A stretch of 64,000 bases of DNA from Selaginella moellendorffii (taxonomy: Eukaryota; Plantae; Lycopodiophyta), in assembly GCF_000143415.4 (NCBI RefSeq), contig NW_003314262.1, positions 4,102,021 to 4,166,020 on the forward strand. Reading direction: 5' to 3'. This document shows, piece after piece, positions 48,921 through 60,290 of this stretch. The first letter of the stretch is position 1, and every line of letters starts with the position of its first letter. Position numbers and translations under genes: made by a program. The notes under the pieces were generated by a model that searched no databases, had not been told where the DNA came from, and saw nothing but the letters and a program-made list of their open reading frames with translations.

Positions 48921-50065
48921 TGCGGTTTTAACTATTTGAAACCATGGATTTAATTTAAGAACAACCTTAAGAATATCCTTTTAGGTTTGAATTTGATAAA
49001 TTACAACATCTGAAAATAGCTAAATTTAAGCATTTGAAATTTTGTCATTGACATAATAAAGTTTTCATGGTGGCACTTAAACATACTCTAATTAATTTTA
49101 ATGTCACATTTCAAAATTAAATCAAAGAATAACCCGGTTTTCCTCAATCCAATGGCTTAAAATTAAGTAATGTTTAAACTTGATTTATTTGTAAATTCAG
49201 AATTAATCATAACTATGTAGTTTTTTACCTCAGCTTTAGCACTAATATATATTTATACTTATATGTATATTTGTGTCAGTACTAAAACTATTAATTATTA
49301 TCATTAATGTTTTAAAATATTAAATTATATTTCAAAAAAAATAAAAACTCTATTATTATTATTGGAAACTCAAATAACATCATTAACTCATAATTTTAAA
49401 TGTTTGAGGGCATATAAAGAAGTGGGATCTCCTTGATAAAATTATGACTATGAGTTAGTAATTAATAATATTATTTCAGAATATAGTTATTATATATGAT
49501 TTAAAATAATTATATCGATTTAGCTAAATTATTAAGGATGTTCAATATTATTATTCTGGTTACCTGTGTGGTATAAAAATAGGCTAGGATATTCTAAGAT
49601 ATTCTACCATCTAATAGTTGATAATAATGTAGATTATTTCGTATTTATAATTTATAAACAAATGTATAATTATAACTATTCTGTTAAAGTTTTACATATA
49701 ATGTAGCAAAACTTGCTTTTATTGAATTAAAATCAATTATAATATTAATGGAAACATTTTTAGAAATTACTTATATAATAATTTGAATAATAAATAACGT
49801 TTTACTATATAATATTAAATATAATTTTTATACACCAATAAAAACATTGGTAAAAACTATTATGTGTTAGGTTTATAACTCAAAAATATTGAAAACATGA
49901 TTTATTTTAGTTTAAATGTCTACAACTAGTTAAATAGTTATATATAACTAGTAGTATTAATTAATTTAATAAAATAATCATAATTTAGAATATATAGAAA
50001 TAAAGAGGTATTACAAGGAAAATATAAATTAGGATTGAAATCATAAATTATAAATTATATGTGTT

Positions 50066-51565
50066 TGTTAGCAGTTGGCAGTGGGCATGAAACTATGAGA
50101 CACAAATCCCTAAGCCCCAAAGTAGAGCCGAAAATGTGCCATGTGGTAGTGGCCGAAGTGAAAGCCAAACGAGTATAACATATTTAGATTAAAAGCTCTG
50201 ACTTGAAGAGTTGAGAGTGGGAGTGGAATTCCCAATGGAGTGCTCAATGAATGAGAATAAAGTAAGCAATAAAAAAGTCTTTAGAAAAGGGATACAAGAG
50301 GACCAAGATGGAGTTCAAAATAGACCCAAAATAATCTGAGAAGGACCCAAGATGGAGTTTAAGATGGACCTGAGATGGAGTCCGAGATAGACCCGAGATG
50401 GAGTCTAAGATGGAATCTAAGATGGACCTGAGATGGAGTCCAAGATGGACCCGAGATGGTGTCTGAGAAGGACCTGAGATGTAATATGAGATGGAGTCCA
50501 AGATGGAGTCTGAGATGGACCCGAGATGGAGTTTGAGATGGAGTCCGAAATGGACCCGAGATGGAGTTTGAGATGAAGTCCGAGTGAAACCGAGATCGAG
50601 ACCAAGTCCGAGACCAAGACCAAGTCCAAAGCCGAGACAAAGACCAAGTCCAAGTCCGAGTCTAAATCTGAATACTAATATAGGCTATTGGGTGAAAGCC
50701 TAAAGCGATCGTCCCCTGGGGGGAGGGGAGCGGGGGGGTTGCAAGGGGTTCCAAAAGTATAGTAGGGAGAGTGTGAGGGTTAGACCTCAGTAGAGCTAGT
50801 TTGGCCCAGGAATGCTGTACCTAGGTATTGGGTGATGGGATAACTATAGGGAAGTCCAAGGCTATAGTGAATACAAATCGACAAGTGGGATAGTTTGGTG
50901 AAGTGTTCAAGAGCTAGCTTTAGTTCCCTCGGGAGATCAAATGGTCAATACTTCTAGTCCAAGCATGGGTGGCACTGTCTACTTGGATACCTGGCATGGC
51001 TCAACAGAACCTCGTTCGAAGCCCATGGCTAGAGCACCAAAAGGTGGAAGGTGGGGAGAGTACCTATGAGGCTCGAGTAGGGCCACGGTGTTCTGAAATG
51101 TTATTCCAAAGTTTTGGACTATGGAAAGGAAGAGGAGTAGTCCTCTGGTGTGGTGACCAAAGATACAGTCACATAGTGAGGAAGTCCTAGAGGACAGTGG
51201 GATTGGTGATCAGACCTGTGGGCCTTAATCTAGTGGTAGTGTTGGCGAACACGGCCATGGACAAAAAAGGACTTAGTGGAGACCAAAAAAGGGATATTGG
51301 GAAAGGTTATTCCCAATGTTTGTAGGCATCTTAAAGATGTTAAGGAGTGGATCTAGGATAATCACTCATGGACAGATGGCCTAATTGTTAACAAACATGA
51401 CTATGATGTAGGTGGTGTTAGACTACTGATGTGACCAAGATGAATAGGCATGGCCTTAGCATAACAAGTTGATATGTTGGTGGTACCTTCATGGGATCAG
51501 ACACGTGAAACACTTAGATCAAGTGCAAAGGTTGAGTGGCATAAATGTCATTCTCGGGGCTAACA
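50066..51565 (-). mobile_element. Probable ~1.5-kb LTR of a Tat/Retand-like gypsy element (remnant)
   Basis: Terminal inverted TGTTAGC..GCTAACA; on the minus strand it is preceded by PPT-like AGACTTAAGGGT; GC-rich island in AT-rich flanks; no TSD. Confidence 0.5.
50305..50665. repeat. Tandem minisatellite of alternating 11/12-bp units (GAGATGGAGTCC/GAGATGGACCC) grading into GAGACCAAGTCC units
   Basis: More than 20 degenerate units are visible. Confidence 0.9.
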
Positions 51566-53225
51566 ACCCTTAAGTCTTGAATTGGACTTATGGATGTTGT
51601 GAATGAGACTCCTCCAAGTGGTCAGAAGTGTGGTTAAGTGACTAAAGTAGAATGAAAAAAATTAATTGCTTACAAAAATAAACTTTAAATTTGAGTGAAG
51701 TTTGGAAATTTCACCACAAATTCTAAAATGGTGCAAAATTTAAAATAAAATAAAATTTTCCTTAATAAAATTCATTATAAAACTAAGAATGGTGAACGAT
51801 ACTAAAATGGATTCATTAAAAAAAATCATGATGTATCTACTTTTAGCTCTATACCAAGATTAGAAAATATTGCTGAATTGTAGTGGCTTGTAAATTTTTT
51901 ATTAATAATTATTTAAAAAATTTAATTTAAGTAATATAGCTTAGAAAGAGCAAAAATAAAATAATTTTTTAAAGTTTATAAATGTAAAACTTTATTTTGA
52001 ATGAATTAATATCCTTACAGTAAATTTTATCTTTAAAAATAATTCATTATTATTAATATAGAGAATAAAAATTTATTACCTTAAATATAAAATTTGAGTA
52101 TAATAAATATTTTATATATCCTGAGTATTTGAATAGGTTTAAATTTTAAATCAAACACAAAATTGTATTTACAAAGACATGTTTTATTTGAGAATGTATT
52201 TACTTTTTACTTTAGATTTTTTTAAATAAATAAAAGATTCAGGGTCTTGTGATTTAGGTTTGTAATTTGGTAATTTGATTGCAAAAGTGATTTGATTAAA
52301 TAATTTCATTTACCTCTTTATATAAATTTTTATTAGAGCATTATTTTACTAAAGAGTTTAGTTCAGAGTGCATCAATTGGCTTTAACATAACTCTTGAAT
52401 TTTTTTAAAAAATTTCCCCAACCAAAAGTCTTTGATATTATATTTAATATAATTAAGTTTGAGAAAAATAAATGTTTTATAAAGTGAGTTGATCTTTCAT
52501 TGCATTTCAATTTGTATGTTTTCCAACTTACACCTAAGAGGTGTTATTAAAACTTAAGGATTATAATTCAAACTTAAAAATGCATTCTGATGTTCATAAA
52601 TTTTTAGAAGGCTTAGAAATATGCTCTTCAAGAGTTTGTTTCATACACATTATGTTTACTACACTCAATTGATCTGCATTTCCAAACATAAAATTCACAA
52701 GAACTTACCATCACCAACAAGAATAAAGAAAAATACTCCAACAAAATGCTATCAATAATAATAGAGAAATACTTTAACAAGATGCATGTCTATGAAAATC
52801 TAAAACATCCACAAGCTTACTCATAGCCAACTTTGTAAGTCATGAAAGGGAAATGATGCATCAAACTTGAGACATATTAAACATGGGATAAACAAAGCAT
52901 CAGGCTTGAAACTTGTTAAGCAATCATAGGGCTCAATTGTGTTTGGAAGAGTTTGATGATCCTCACCTGCTCCATAAAAATGCCCATCTGAGGTAAGTGC
53001 TTTGCTTCAAGATATTCAGCATAGACCTGCCTTCCTTTTCCTTGCTGCTAAACACAAGAAATAAATCTCAAGAGCATATTAGCATTACCCAAACAAAAAT
53101 TGCCCATCCGAGGCAATTGCTGCAAGTCAGCTCGCCATCATGGGGAGAACCACGTTTATCCATGGAATTTTAATGCTATTTAACTCGCCTTATTTTTAAA
53201 TTTTAGGGCTCCATTTCTAATCGCT

Positions 53226-54429
53226 ATGGCGCCTGTGGCTGCTCTTCGTTTGCATCCCGGCGCCTTGATTCATGCCGCGGGAGCTGCCGCTCCATCAGTG
53301 AAGCCCGGCCGCGGCGCATTTGGAGCTGGGGAGCGCAAGTGCGGGAGGGTGTTCTCGCAGGGGCGGGATTCCGGGAATGGATACTTCAGGGCCAGGGCCG
53401 AGATCCAAAGCTCGGAATCGCTCACGGGTGTTGTGTTCCAGCCCTTTGCCGAGGTCCAGGAAGCCCTGTCGGAGGTCTCCTCGTCCAAATCGGTGTCGCT
53501 CGCGCGCCAGCGCTTCTCTCAAGCCTGTGAAGCTGCTATCAACGATCAAATCAAGTAAGCCTCTCTCTTTTTCGATTTCTATGGCGAGAGAGCTTTGATT
53601 TTCTCTTCTAGCGTTGAGTACAATGTCTCTTACATCTACCATGCGTTGTTTGCGTACTTCGATCGGGACAACGTTGGGCTTCCAGGCATGGCAAGGTACG
53701 TGTCCTATACAACTTTGTGGAATCCATCTTTTAGCAAAACTTTACAGGTACTTTAAGAATGCTAGTGAAGAGGAGAGGGAGCACGCAGAGACTTTGATGA
53801 AGTACCAGGTAACAAAGCTTGGAAATCGAAGAGCTTGCGCTAATGCTTTGTTTACTAGAATAGAACTTGCGAGGTGGAAGGGTGAAGCTACAAACAATAC
53901 TACCGCCCGAGATGGAGTTTGACAACGCAGAGAAAGGAGATGCTCTATATGGTAGAATCGAGAAAACCCTCCAACACAAGTAACTCCAGTGATGTTTTTC
54001 TACTGCAGCTATGGAGCTCGCACTAGCTCTGGAAAAGCTCACGAACGAGAAACTTCTGGCCTTACACAGAGTATCGCCAAGCCCATCTCTCTCGACTTGT
54101 GATAGACCTTGATCCTTTGATCGTTTGAAGGTTGCAAGTGAGAATGACGACCCCCAAATGGCCGACTTCGTCGAGAGCAGCTTCCTCACCGAGCAAGTAA
54201 GTTTGTCTAGATTTTGCTCCAATCTCGATCGAAAACAATGGCTTCTCTTCCAGGTGGAGAGCATAAAAAAAATCTCGGAGTACGTGAGCCAGCTCCGAAG
54301 AACAGGCCAAGGACATGGTATGGATCAAAGCTTTTTATTTTCTCTCGAGTTACATTTGTTTTTTTTTATGTAGGGGTGTACCACTTGGATCTCCATCTCC
54401 AAAATGCCGACATAGAAGAGACAGTGTAG
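53226..54429 (+). CDS. FER: Plastid ferritin, 8 exons
   Basis: Transit peptide; extension peptide [17 protein letters not shown]; [43 protein letters not shown]; 7 introns, the usual plant ferritin layout. Confidence 0.97.
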
Positions 54430-54443
54430 AAGAGGCGCATTAG

Positions 54444-54504
54444 TGATGACGTGGCACTATGATGACGTGAAAGGAATAAAACCGGAACCAAATTTCTAGG
54501 GTTA
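54444..54504 (+). promoter_or_regulatory. Tandem TGACGTG (bZIP C/G-box) sites and telo-box upstream of MBF1
   Basis: TGATGACGTG occurs twice (TGACG at 54447 and 54463); TAGGGTT at ~54497. Confidence 0.5.
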
Positions 54505-54525
54505 GGTTGTGGGAAGAGGAAGAAG

Positions 54526-55141
54526 ATGAGTGGCCATATCGCGCAGGATTGGGAGCCCGTGGTGATCAGGAAGAAGGGGGTCGCTGCCGGGCAGCGGCGC
54601 GATGAGAAGGCCGTGAACGAGGCGCGTCGCAGTGGCGGCCCGATCGAGACGATTAAGAAGTGTAAGCGATTGGATTGCTCCAGAGATCGATTGGTGAGAT
54701 ATTTTGTTCTAATCTTCGTCGATTCCAGTCAATGCGGGGTCGAACAAGGCAGCGACAAGCACGCCGGGAATTAACACCAAGAAGCTCGATGACGAGACCG
54801 AGGAGCTCGCCCGTAAGCTAGAGAATCCAAATCCATTGGCTTTGTGTTCTAAAACCGGATGACGCAGACGAGCGCGTTCCGACTGACCTGAAGAAGAACA
54901 TCATCCAAGCCCGGACGGAGAAGAAACTGACACAGGCACAGCTTGCACAGGTTTGGATGATTGATTCTTTGGTTGTGTCTTTTTGGCTGATTTGTTTTCC
55001 TTGTTGGTTTGCTTGGTCCAGCTGATCAACGAGAAGCCTCAGGTCATCCAAGAGTATGAATCTGGAAAAGCCATCCCCAACCAGCAGATAATCTCCAAGC
55101 TCGAGCGCGCGCTGGGAGCCAAGCTTAGAAACAAGAAGTGA
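54526..55141 (+). CDS. MBF1: Multiprotein bridging factor 1 (MBF1a/b type), 4 exons
   Basis: [56 protein letters not shown]. Confidence 0.97.
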
Positions 55142-55317
55142 GTAGTTTCTCTTATTTCCTCTTGTGAAAGTGTCGTAACTGTCGTCGTTGCGAACAAAAC
55201 TATGCTTTTACAAACAACGTTTGGAGGCCCCCTTGTAAATTACATGGTGGTGGTCTGGCGCTGTACAAACGAAACTCTAGCAGCCGCAGAAACCAAGTCG
55301 AGAAGAAGAGATCTGCG

Positions 55318-56382
55318 CTACTGGTTTTCGGGAAGAAAGAATCGATCGAAGCTCTCGCAGCACGAAGACTTACAGGTGAAGTAGAAGATGGCACTGGGGA
55401 TTGAATTAAACAGGTAGAGGAACGAGTACATGCCGATGAGCAGCGGCATCTCCCAGAGCTTGGAGGAGAGATCGATGGCATACTTGTAGCCGGGAACTCC
55501 GACGACGCGGTACTGGAAGAGGCTGTCGATCGAAGCGGTGGCGGCGGTGGCGATGATGAAGAGCAGCAGGCCGACTTGGGTCCGTCCCCGGAGTATGAGG
55601 ATGGCCTTCATCAGCGCGGCCCGGCCCTGGATATCTTCCAGCATCGAGATGGTGATGGAGAGATTGGAGATGATCACCAGGTGGGCGAAGAGCAGCGAGA
55701 AGGCCAGGCAGATGGTGGCGACGATGAGGAAGAGTATGTCGACCGAGAGGCCGAGAGCTTGGAAGAAGGTGGTGACGACGAGGAGGAGGGAGAGGATGAG
55801 CGTGGTGCATGCGAGCATCACAGCGCAGATCCAGAGATAGGTGGCGATTGCGCGGAGGCAAACTTTGAGCGCCGCCGCGCGGAGGAAGCTATGGAGGTGG
55901 AACTTGCGCGAGGAGTAGAGGAGCGCCACTGCCCAGGAGATGGTGGCGCGTGCTGGGATGGCGAGGGTGATGTAGAAGGGGAGCTGGAAGGTGTGGGAGA
56001 CGAGGTTGTCGACGAGCTTGAAGCAGGCGGCGCGGTAGGATGGGAGGAACCAGACGCCGCCGCGGGTGGCGAGGGCGCTGGCCTCGATCCGCGCGGCCCA
56101 ATTCTCCACCACCGGGGACGTGATCCAGGCCTGGGAGAGCACGACGATGGAAAATGGCGTGGCGAGGAGCGCCGCGACCCAGAAGAAGAGCGAGGAGATT
56201 GCTCGCAGCGCTGCCACTGATTCCTTGATGATGTCCAGCGCGCCCAGGCAGTGGAATTCCTCGGGGCCGCGAGCGCCCATGATCCGGCGCTTGCTGGATG
56301 GAGCTGAGCTGGGCTTCACATTCTCGTGATCTTCATTGGAGGATGACCTAATTACCTCGTCGCTGGGCAGTCGATTATCCAT
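55318..56382 (-). CDS. Intronless multi-pass membrane protein, At1g26650/At1g69430-like (uncharacterised)
   Basis: 354-aa ORF with about 6 TM segments; FH..ALDI..E.V..LR, G.TQVGLL, LWEMPLLI.MYSF..LF...AIFYFTCKS. Confidence 0.8.
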   Translation of the reverse strand: MDNRLPSDEVIRSSSNEDHENVKPSSAPSSKRRIMGARGPEEFHCLGALDIIKESVAALRAISSLFFWVAALLATPFSIVVLSQAWITSPVVENWAARIEASALATRGGVWFLPSYRAACFKLVDNLVSHTFQLPFYITLAIPARATISWAVALLYSSRKFHLHSFLRAAALKVCLRAIATYLWICAVMLACTTLILSLLLVVTTFFQALGLSVDILFLIVATICLAFSLLFAHLVIISNLSITISMLEDIQGRAALMKAILILRGRTQVGLLLFIIATAATASIDSLFQYRVVGVPGYKYAIDLSSKLWEMPLLIGMYSFLYLFNSIPSAIFYFTCKSSCCESFDRFFLPENQ

Positions 56383-57116
56383 TCGTTGGCGCTCCAGCGC
56401 GAGTGAGATCGCGACTGCCTACCGCGATTTCCACTGTTAACCTAGCTCCAGCCCAAGAACAGGGGACCTGTACGGCGGCAAGATTATTGCACGGAATTAC
56501 GGTGAGAATATCGTACGGTTTCGAGAGAATGATTCCTGTACGGGTGATGACGCGGCAAAGCACCAAAACCAAGCAACCAACCAAAAATTTTGAGATAGCG
56601 TGGCGTTGAGATTTCTAAGGTTGACCGAGAAATACTTTTTAAAATGCTGTGATTGGAAATGTGGTCTACCAACCAGTGGCGGCCCGTGGCCCAAGAAGGA
56701 GCGCATCGTGCGGTCGCAAATGGGCCGTTCGAGCTCATCCCACGGCCCAGATCCGTGCGGTGATTTTTAATTTTTTCACCTACCCCGGCTTGCATTACCA
56801 TTACCACAGTAGATGGAAAGCAAATATTTACCGCGGGTGTGGGGCATTTGTGTGTTGCTGTGCTTATTGCGCGCATATGCCCTTGCCTGCATTGCGCGGC
56901 TAGCGATAGTTCCAGCAGCGGCGGCAAAGAAGCGCGATCCTTGCCCTAGCGCGCATCCGCGGCGGCGGCACGCATCCAAGGCGCCGGCCAGCGACCGGGA
57001 TCGACATCGAAATTCTCAGGTCAGGGCTTGGATCGTAGCTCCGGGGATGGATTCCGGGGGTTAGGGATTGCTGCTGGCTATGCGGCGGCTGTGCCGGCTT
57101 GGCGACACTGAGATCA

Positions 57117-59768
57117 ATGGTGCGGAGCCACGGCTGGCAGCTGCCTGCGCACGGGTTTCAGGTAAATATGGCGCCGTGGAATTCGACCAACTGAGCGAGC
57201 TCTTTTTGCAGGTTGTGGCGATCACTGTGTTCTTCCTCCTCGTAGTCGCGTATTTCGTGTTTTTCGCGCCTTTCATTGGGCCCAATCCGTGGCAGTATAT
57301 CGTAATTGGGTGTTACTCGATCTTGGTGAGTCTTTCTTCGCAATTTCTCACTCTTGGGATTTGTAAGCGCTCAATTTCGTTAAATTTTCAGGCACTTGTG
57401 GTGTTCTTTCTTTACGTCAGATGCACAGGAATCAATCCTGCAGACTCCGGAGTTTTTGTTGGCCAGAGATTTCCCGAGCAGAATGAGTTGAAAGGGCTGG
57501 TCTCGGAGTCATCCGGAAGTGTGGTTCACAGACATGGAGCGTCGGAAGTTCCCTCCGGTGTCGAGGGCAACAGAGAAAGAGGGCTGCTGTCAGTTTGCTG
57601 CGGCCTGATCTGTGGCTGCCTTGTTTTGCCGGATAACTGGTGGAAGCAAGAGACATTGCCTACGCAACTGGACGAAGATGTCCTTTACTGCACACTATGT
57701 AACGCAGAGGTTTGAGTTCTTTCCGTGAGTATGTCGACATTGATTTGATAAGTTTGGTTTATCTCACGCAGGTTCATAAGTTCAGCAAACATTGTCGAAG
57801 CTGTGATAAGTGTGTTGATGGATTCGATCACCATTGTCGTGTAAGTGTTCATTCAAGCAGATGTAATATTTTTGTACTAACAGTTTTGCTTTCAGTGGTT
57901 GAATAATTGCGTCGGTAAGAAGAACTATCCAAGTTTTGTAGCGCTTATGGCAGCAAGTCTTATCTTGGTATCGTGTATTTCTGTTTTGAAGGAAATATCC
58001 TGCTTCTAATCTACTTTTAGACGCGCGCAGCTTATTTTGCAGTGGGGATCGGGTATTGCTGTCCTTGTGCGGTGTTTTGTTCATGAGGAAGATACGAAAA
58101 GCCAGATTGTAACGAAACTTGGTAATGGATTTACGCGAGCGCCCTTTGCAGCAGTTGTGGTAAGCCGTCATGGTTTATTTCGTCTATCAACAAAGTCAAT
58201 GTTTGCCTTGCTAGGCAACGTGTACTCTGGTTTCTGTACTAGCGTCAGTTCCCCTCGGCGAGCTTTTCTTTTTCCACGTTATACTCATGAGAAAGGTGTG
58301 TTGTGCGCGCAATCTGGTTCAGTGCTTAGTGTTTTATCTTTGTCCAGGGAATTACAACATATGAATACGTCGTAGCGATGAGAGCGCAAAACGAGCAACA
58401 AGGGCCATCCGTGGAAGGAGAAGCACTAAGTGCTCCATCATCACCAGGAAGTTCAACCGCGACTGGGATAACGGGCTCCAGCTCCCTGGGACTTCAATAC
58501 AGGGGTGCCTGGTGTACGCCGCCAAGAGTCTTCATTGATCACCAGGTACGTTTATCTGCTGTCGTGCGCTGTCGTTTATTCCATTTTTTCTCCTTGTTTT
58601 GATTTAGGACGAAGTTATTCCACATCTAGAGCCAGGAAGAGTACCGTCAACCGTTGATCCTGATTCTGTTCCGAAGCTAGACAAGAAGTCTCAGAAACCA
58701 CAAGTGAGGATAAGTGCATGGAAGCTGGCAAAGCTGAATCCAACTGAAGCTGCCAAGGCCGCAGCAAAAGCCAGGGAAACCTCGTCGGTTATAAAGCAGA
58801 TACCAGGCAAAGGGGTAGAGATGGACTACAGTTCAAGTGATGTAGGCAGCAGCAGAAGCAGTGCCAGTACCGACTTTGCTACAATGCGTGGGAAAAGAGC
58901 TGACGAGGGGCGGTTTTCGGCCTCGAAACTTGTCGTGCCGCGCCCAAGAGAGGAGTACAATATCCACTTCGATTCGGGAGACAACGTGACCTCGAGCAGA
59001 AGCAGCATCAGCAGTCCCAGGCATGTCTTGAACGACTCGGACGGATTGAGTCCTCTACCTTCGAAGCCGAACTATGCTCCAACCGGCACACTGCGCCTGT
59101 CAACTCCTCGCTCACTCGGATCAACACAAGAATCTACGGTTCGTACCTCCAACCTGAGACCCTTCACTCGTCCTCAGCGGTACACACTTTGGGGGGCTGG
59201 GAAATATGGTGGGAATGATTCTTCGAGCCTGGATAGCTTAGAGGACAGGGCGTCGGGATTCCTGGGTAGACCAAAGGGTGGTGACGGGAAGGCGAGTCCG
59301 GGGAAGAAGAACTCCGTGTTCTCTTACATCAGGCAGGCATGGCCGGAGGTATCGGTTCCTGCCTCGTCCTACGATATAGAAAGCGGGCAAAGAACAGCAC
59401 GCCCAGCGTTCGTCCCAGCCACAGAGAGCACGTCAAACCTTCCAAGCACAATGCGAAAGGCTCAAGACGCTCCTCTCCGGAAGGCTGACGACCTCTTGTA
59501 CCCGGAGAACAGCATTTTCTTCGGTGGACCTCTTCACGTCCCGGGCACAGGGAAGCCGAGCCCTCAGCAGCATCAGCAGCAGCAGCAGCAGGAGCAACAA
59601 CAGCATCAAACGACGCGTTTCAATGCTGCTCCCAGATCGGCCACCGAGTCGGCAGTTTTCCAGTCGGGTAGGCAGCCTTTTCGGGGATCAGCAGCTCGAT
59701 CGTATTCTCCAGTTTTTGCCCCTCGGTTTTTCAATCCGGGAGGTGGAGGCTATCCTCCGGCAACTTAA
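57117..59768 (+). CDS. Protein S-acyltransferase (DHHC), PAT19/20/22-like, multi-exon
   Basis: [69 protein letters not shown]; poly-Q near the C-terminus. Confidence 0.95.
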
Positions 59769-60290
59769 TGGGTTCTTTGCGGCAGGGGGGACTTTTGAGT
59801 TTGGGGAGTTTTCGGGATTTTTTTTAAGGCAAGTGTTTTGCTCTCGTTGATTAGATTCCTCGTTGTGTGATTCGAGTAGCTGCTAGATAGTTTAGGACGA
59901 GATGATGGGAACTGACGAACTGCTTGATTTGTTTTTGCTTTTTCTTTGCAGGTGTCTGATGGCCCTCGTGAAGACGACGTTCTTTTCACATTCTCGCAGT
60001 TATATGAGATGTTCAAATGACGTGTAGGGAGTTCTAGATGACTCAGGTCTGTGTACATTTCATTCATGCAACGAACTAAATTGATAGTGGAACTTTTCCA
60101 CGCTTTTATTATCACTAATTTGATAGTGGAACTTTTCCAAGCTTTTATAACGGTTTTTCGAGCAGGTAAAGCTCGGCTATGGAGTTCCAGACTTGAATGG
60201 ATTCTTTGGGAATACTTCCGATGGATTTGCTTGGAGCTCCATAGCTGGATATTTGTAAAGAGCATCTCTCGCAAAAAAAATTTATCCGGT

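Noticed and set aside
50305-50665. CRISPR-like array or repeat protein
   Set aside because: Eukaryotic context, no unique spacers and no cas genes; the ORFs are translations of a minisatellite.
59564-59607. (CAG)n repeat as a separate element
   Set aside because: Ordinary poly-Q tract in the disordered PAT C-terminus.
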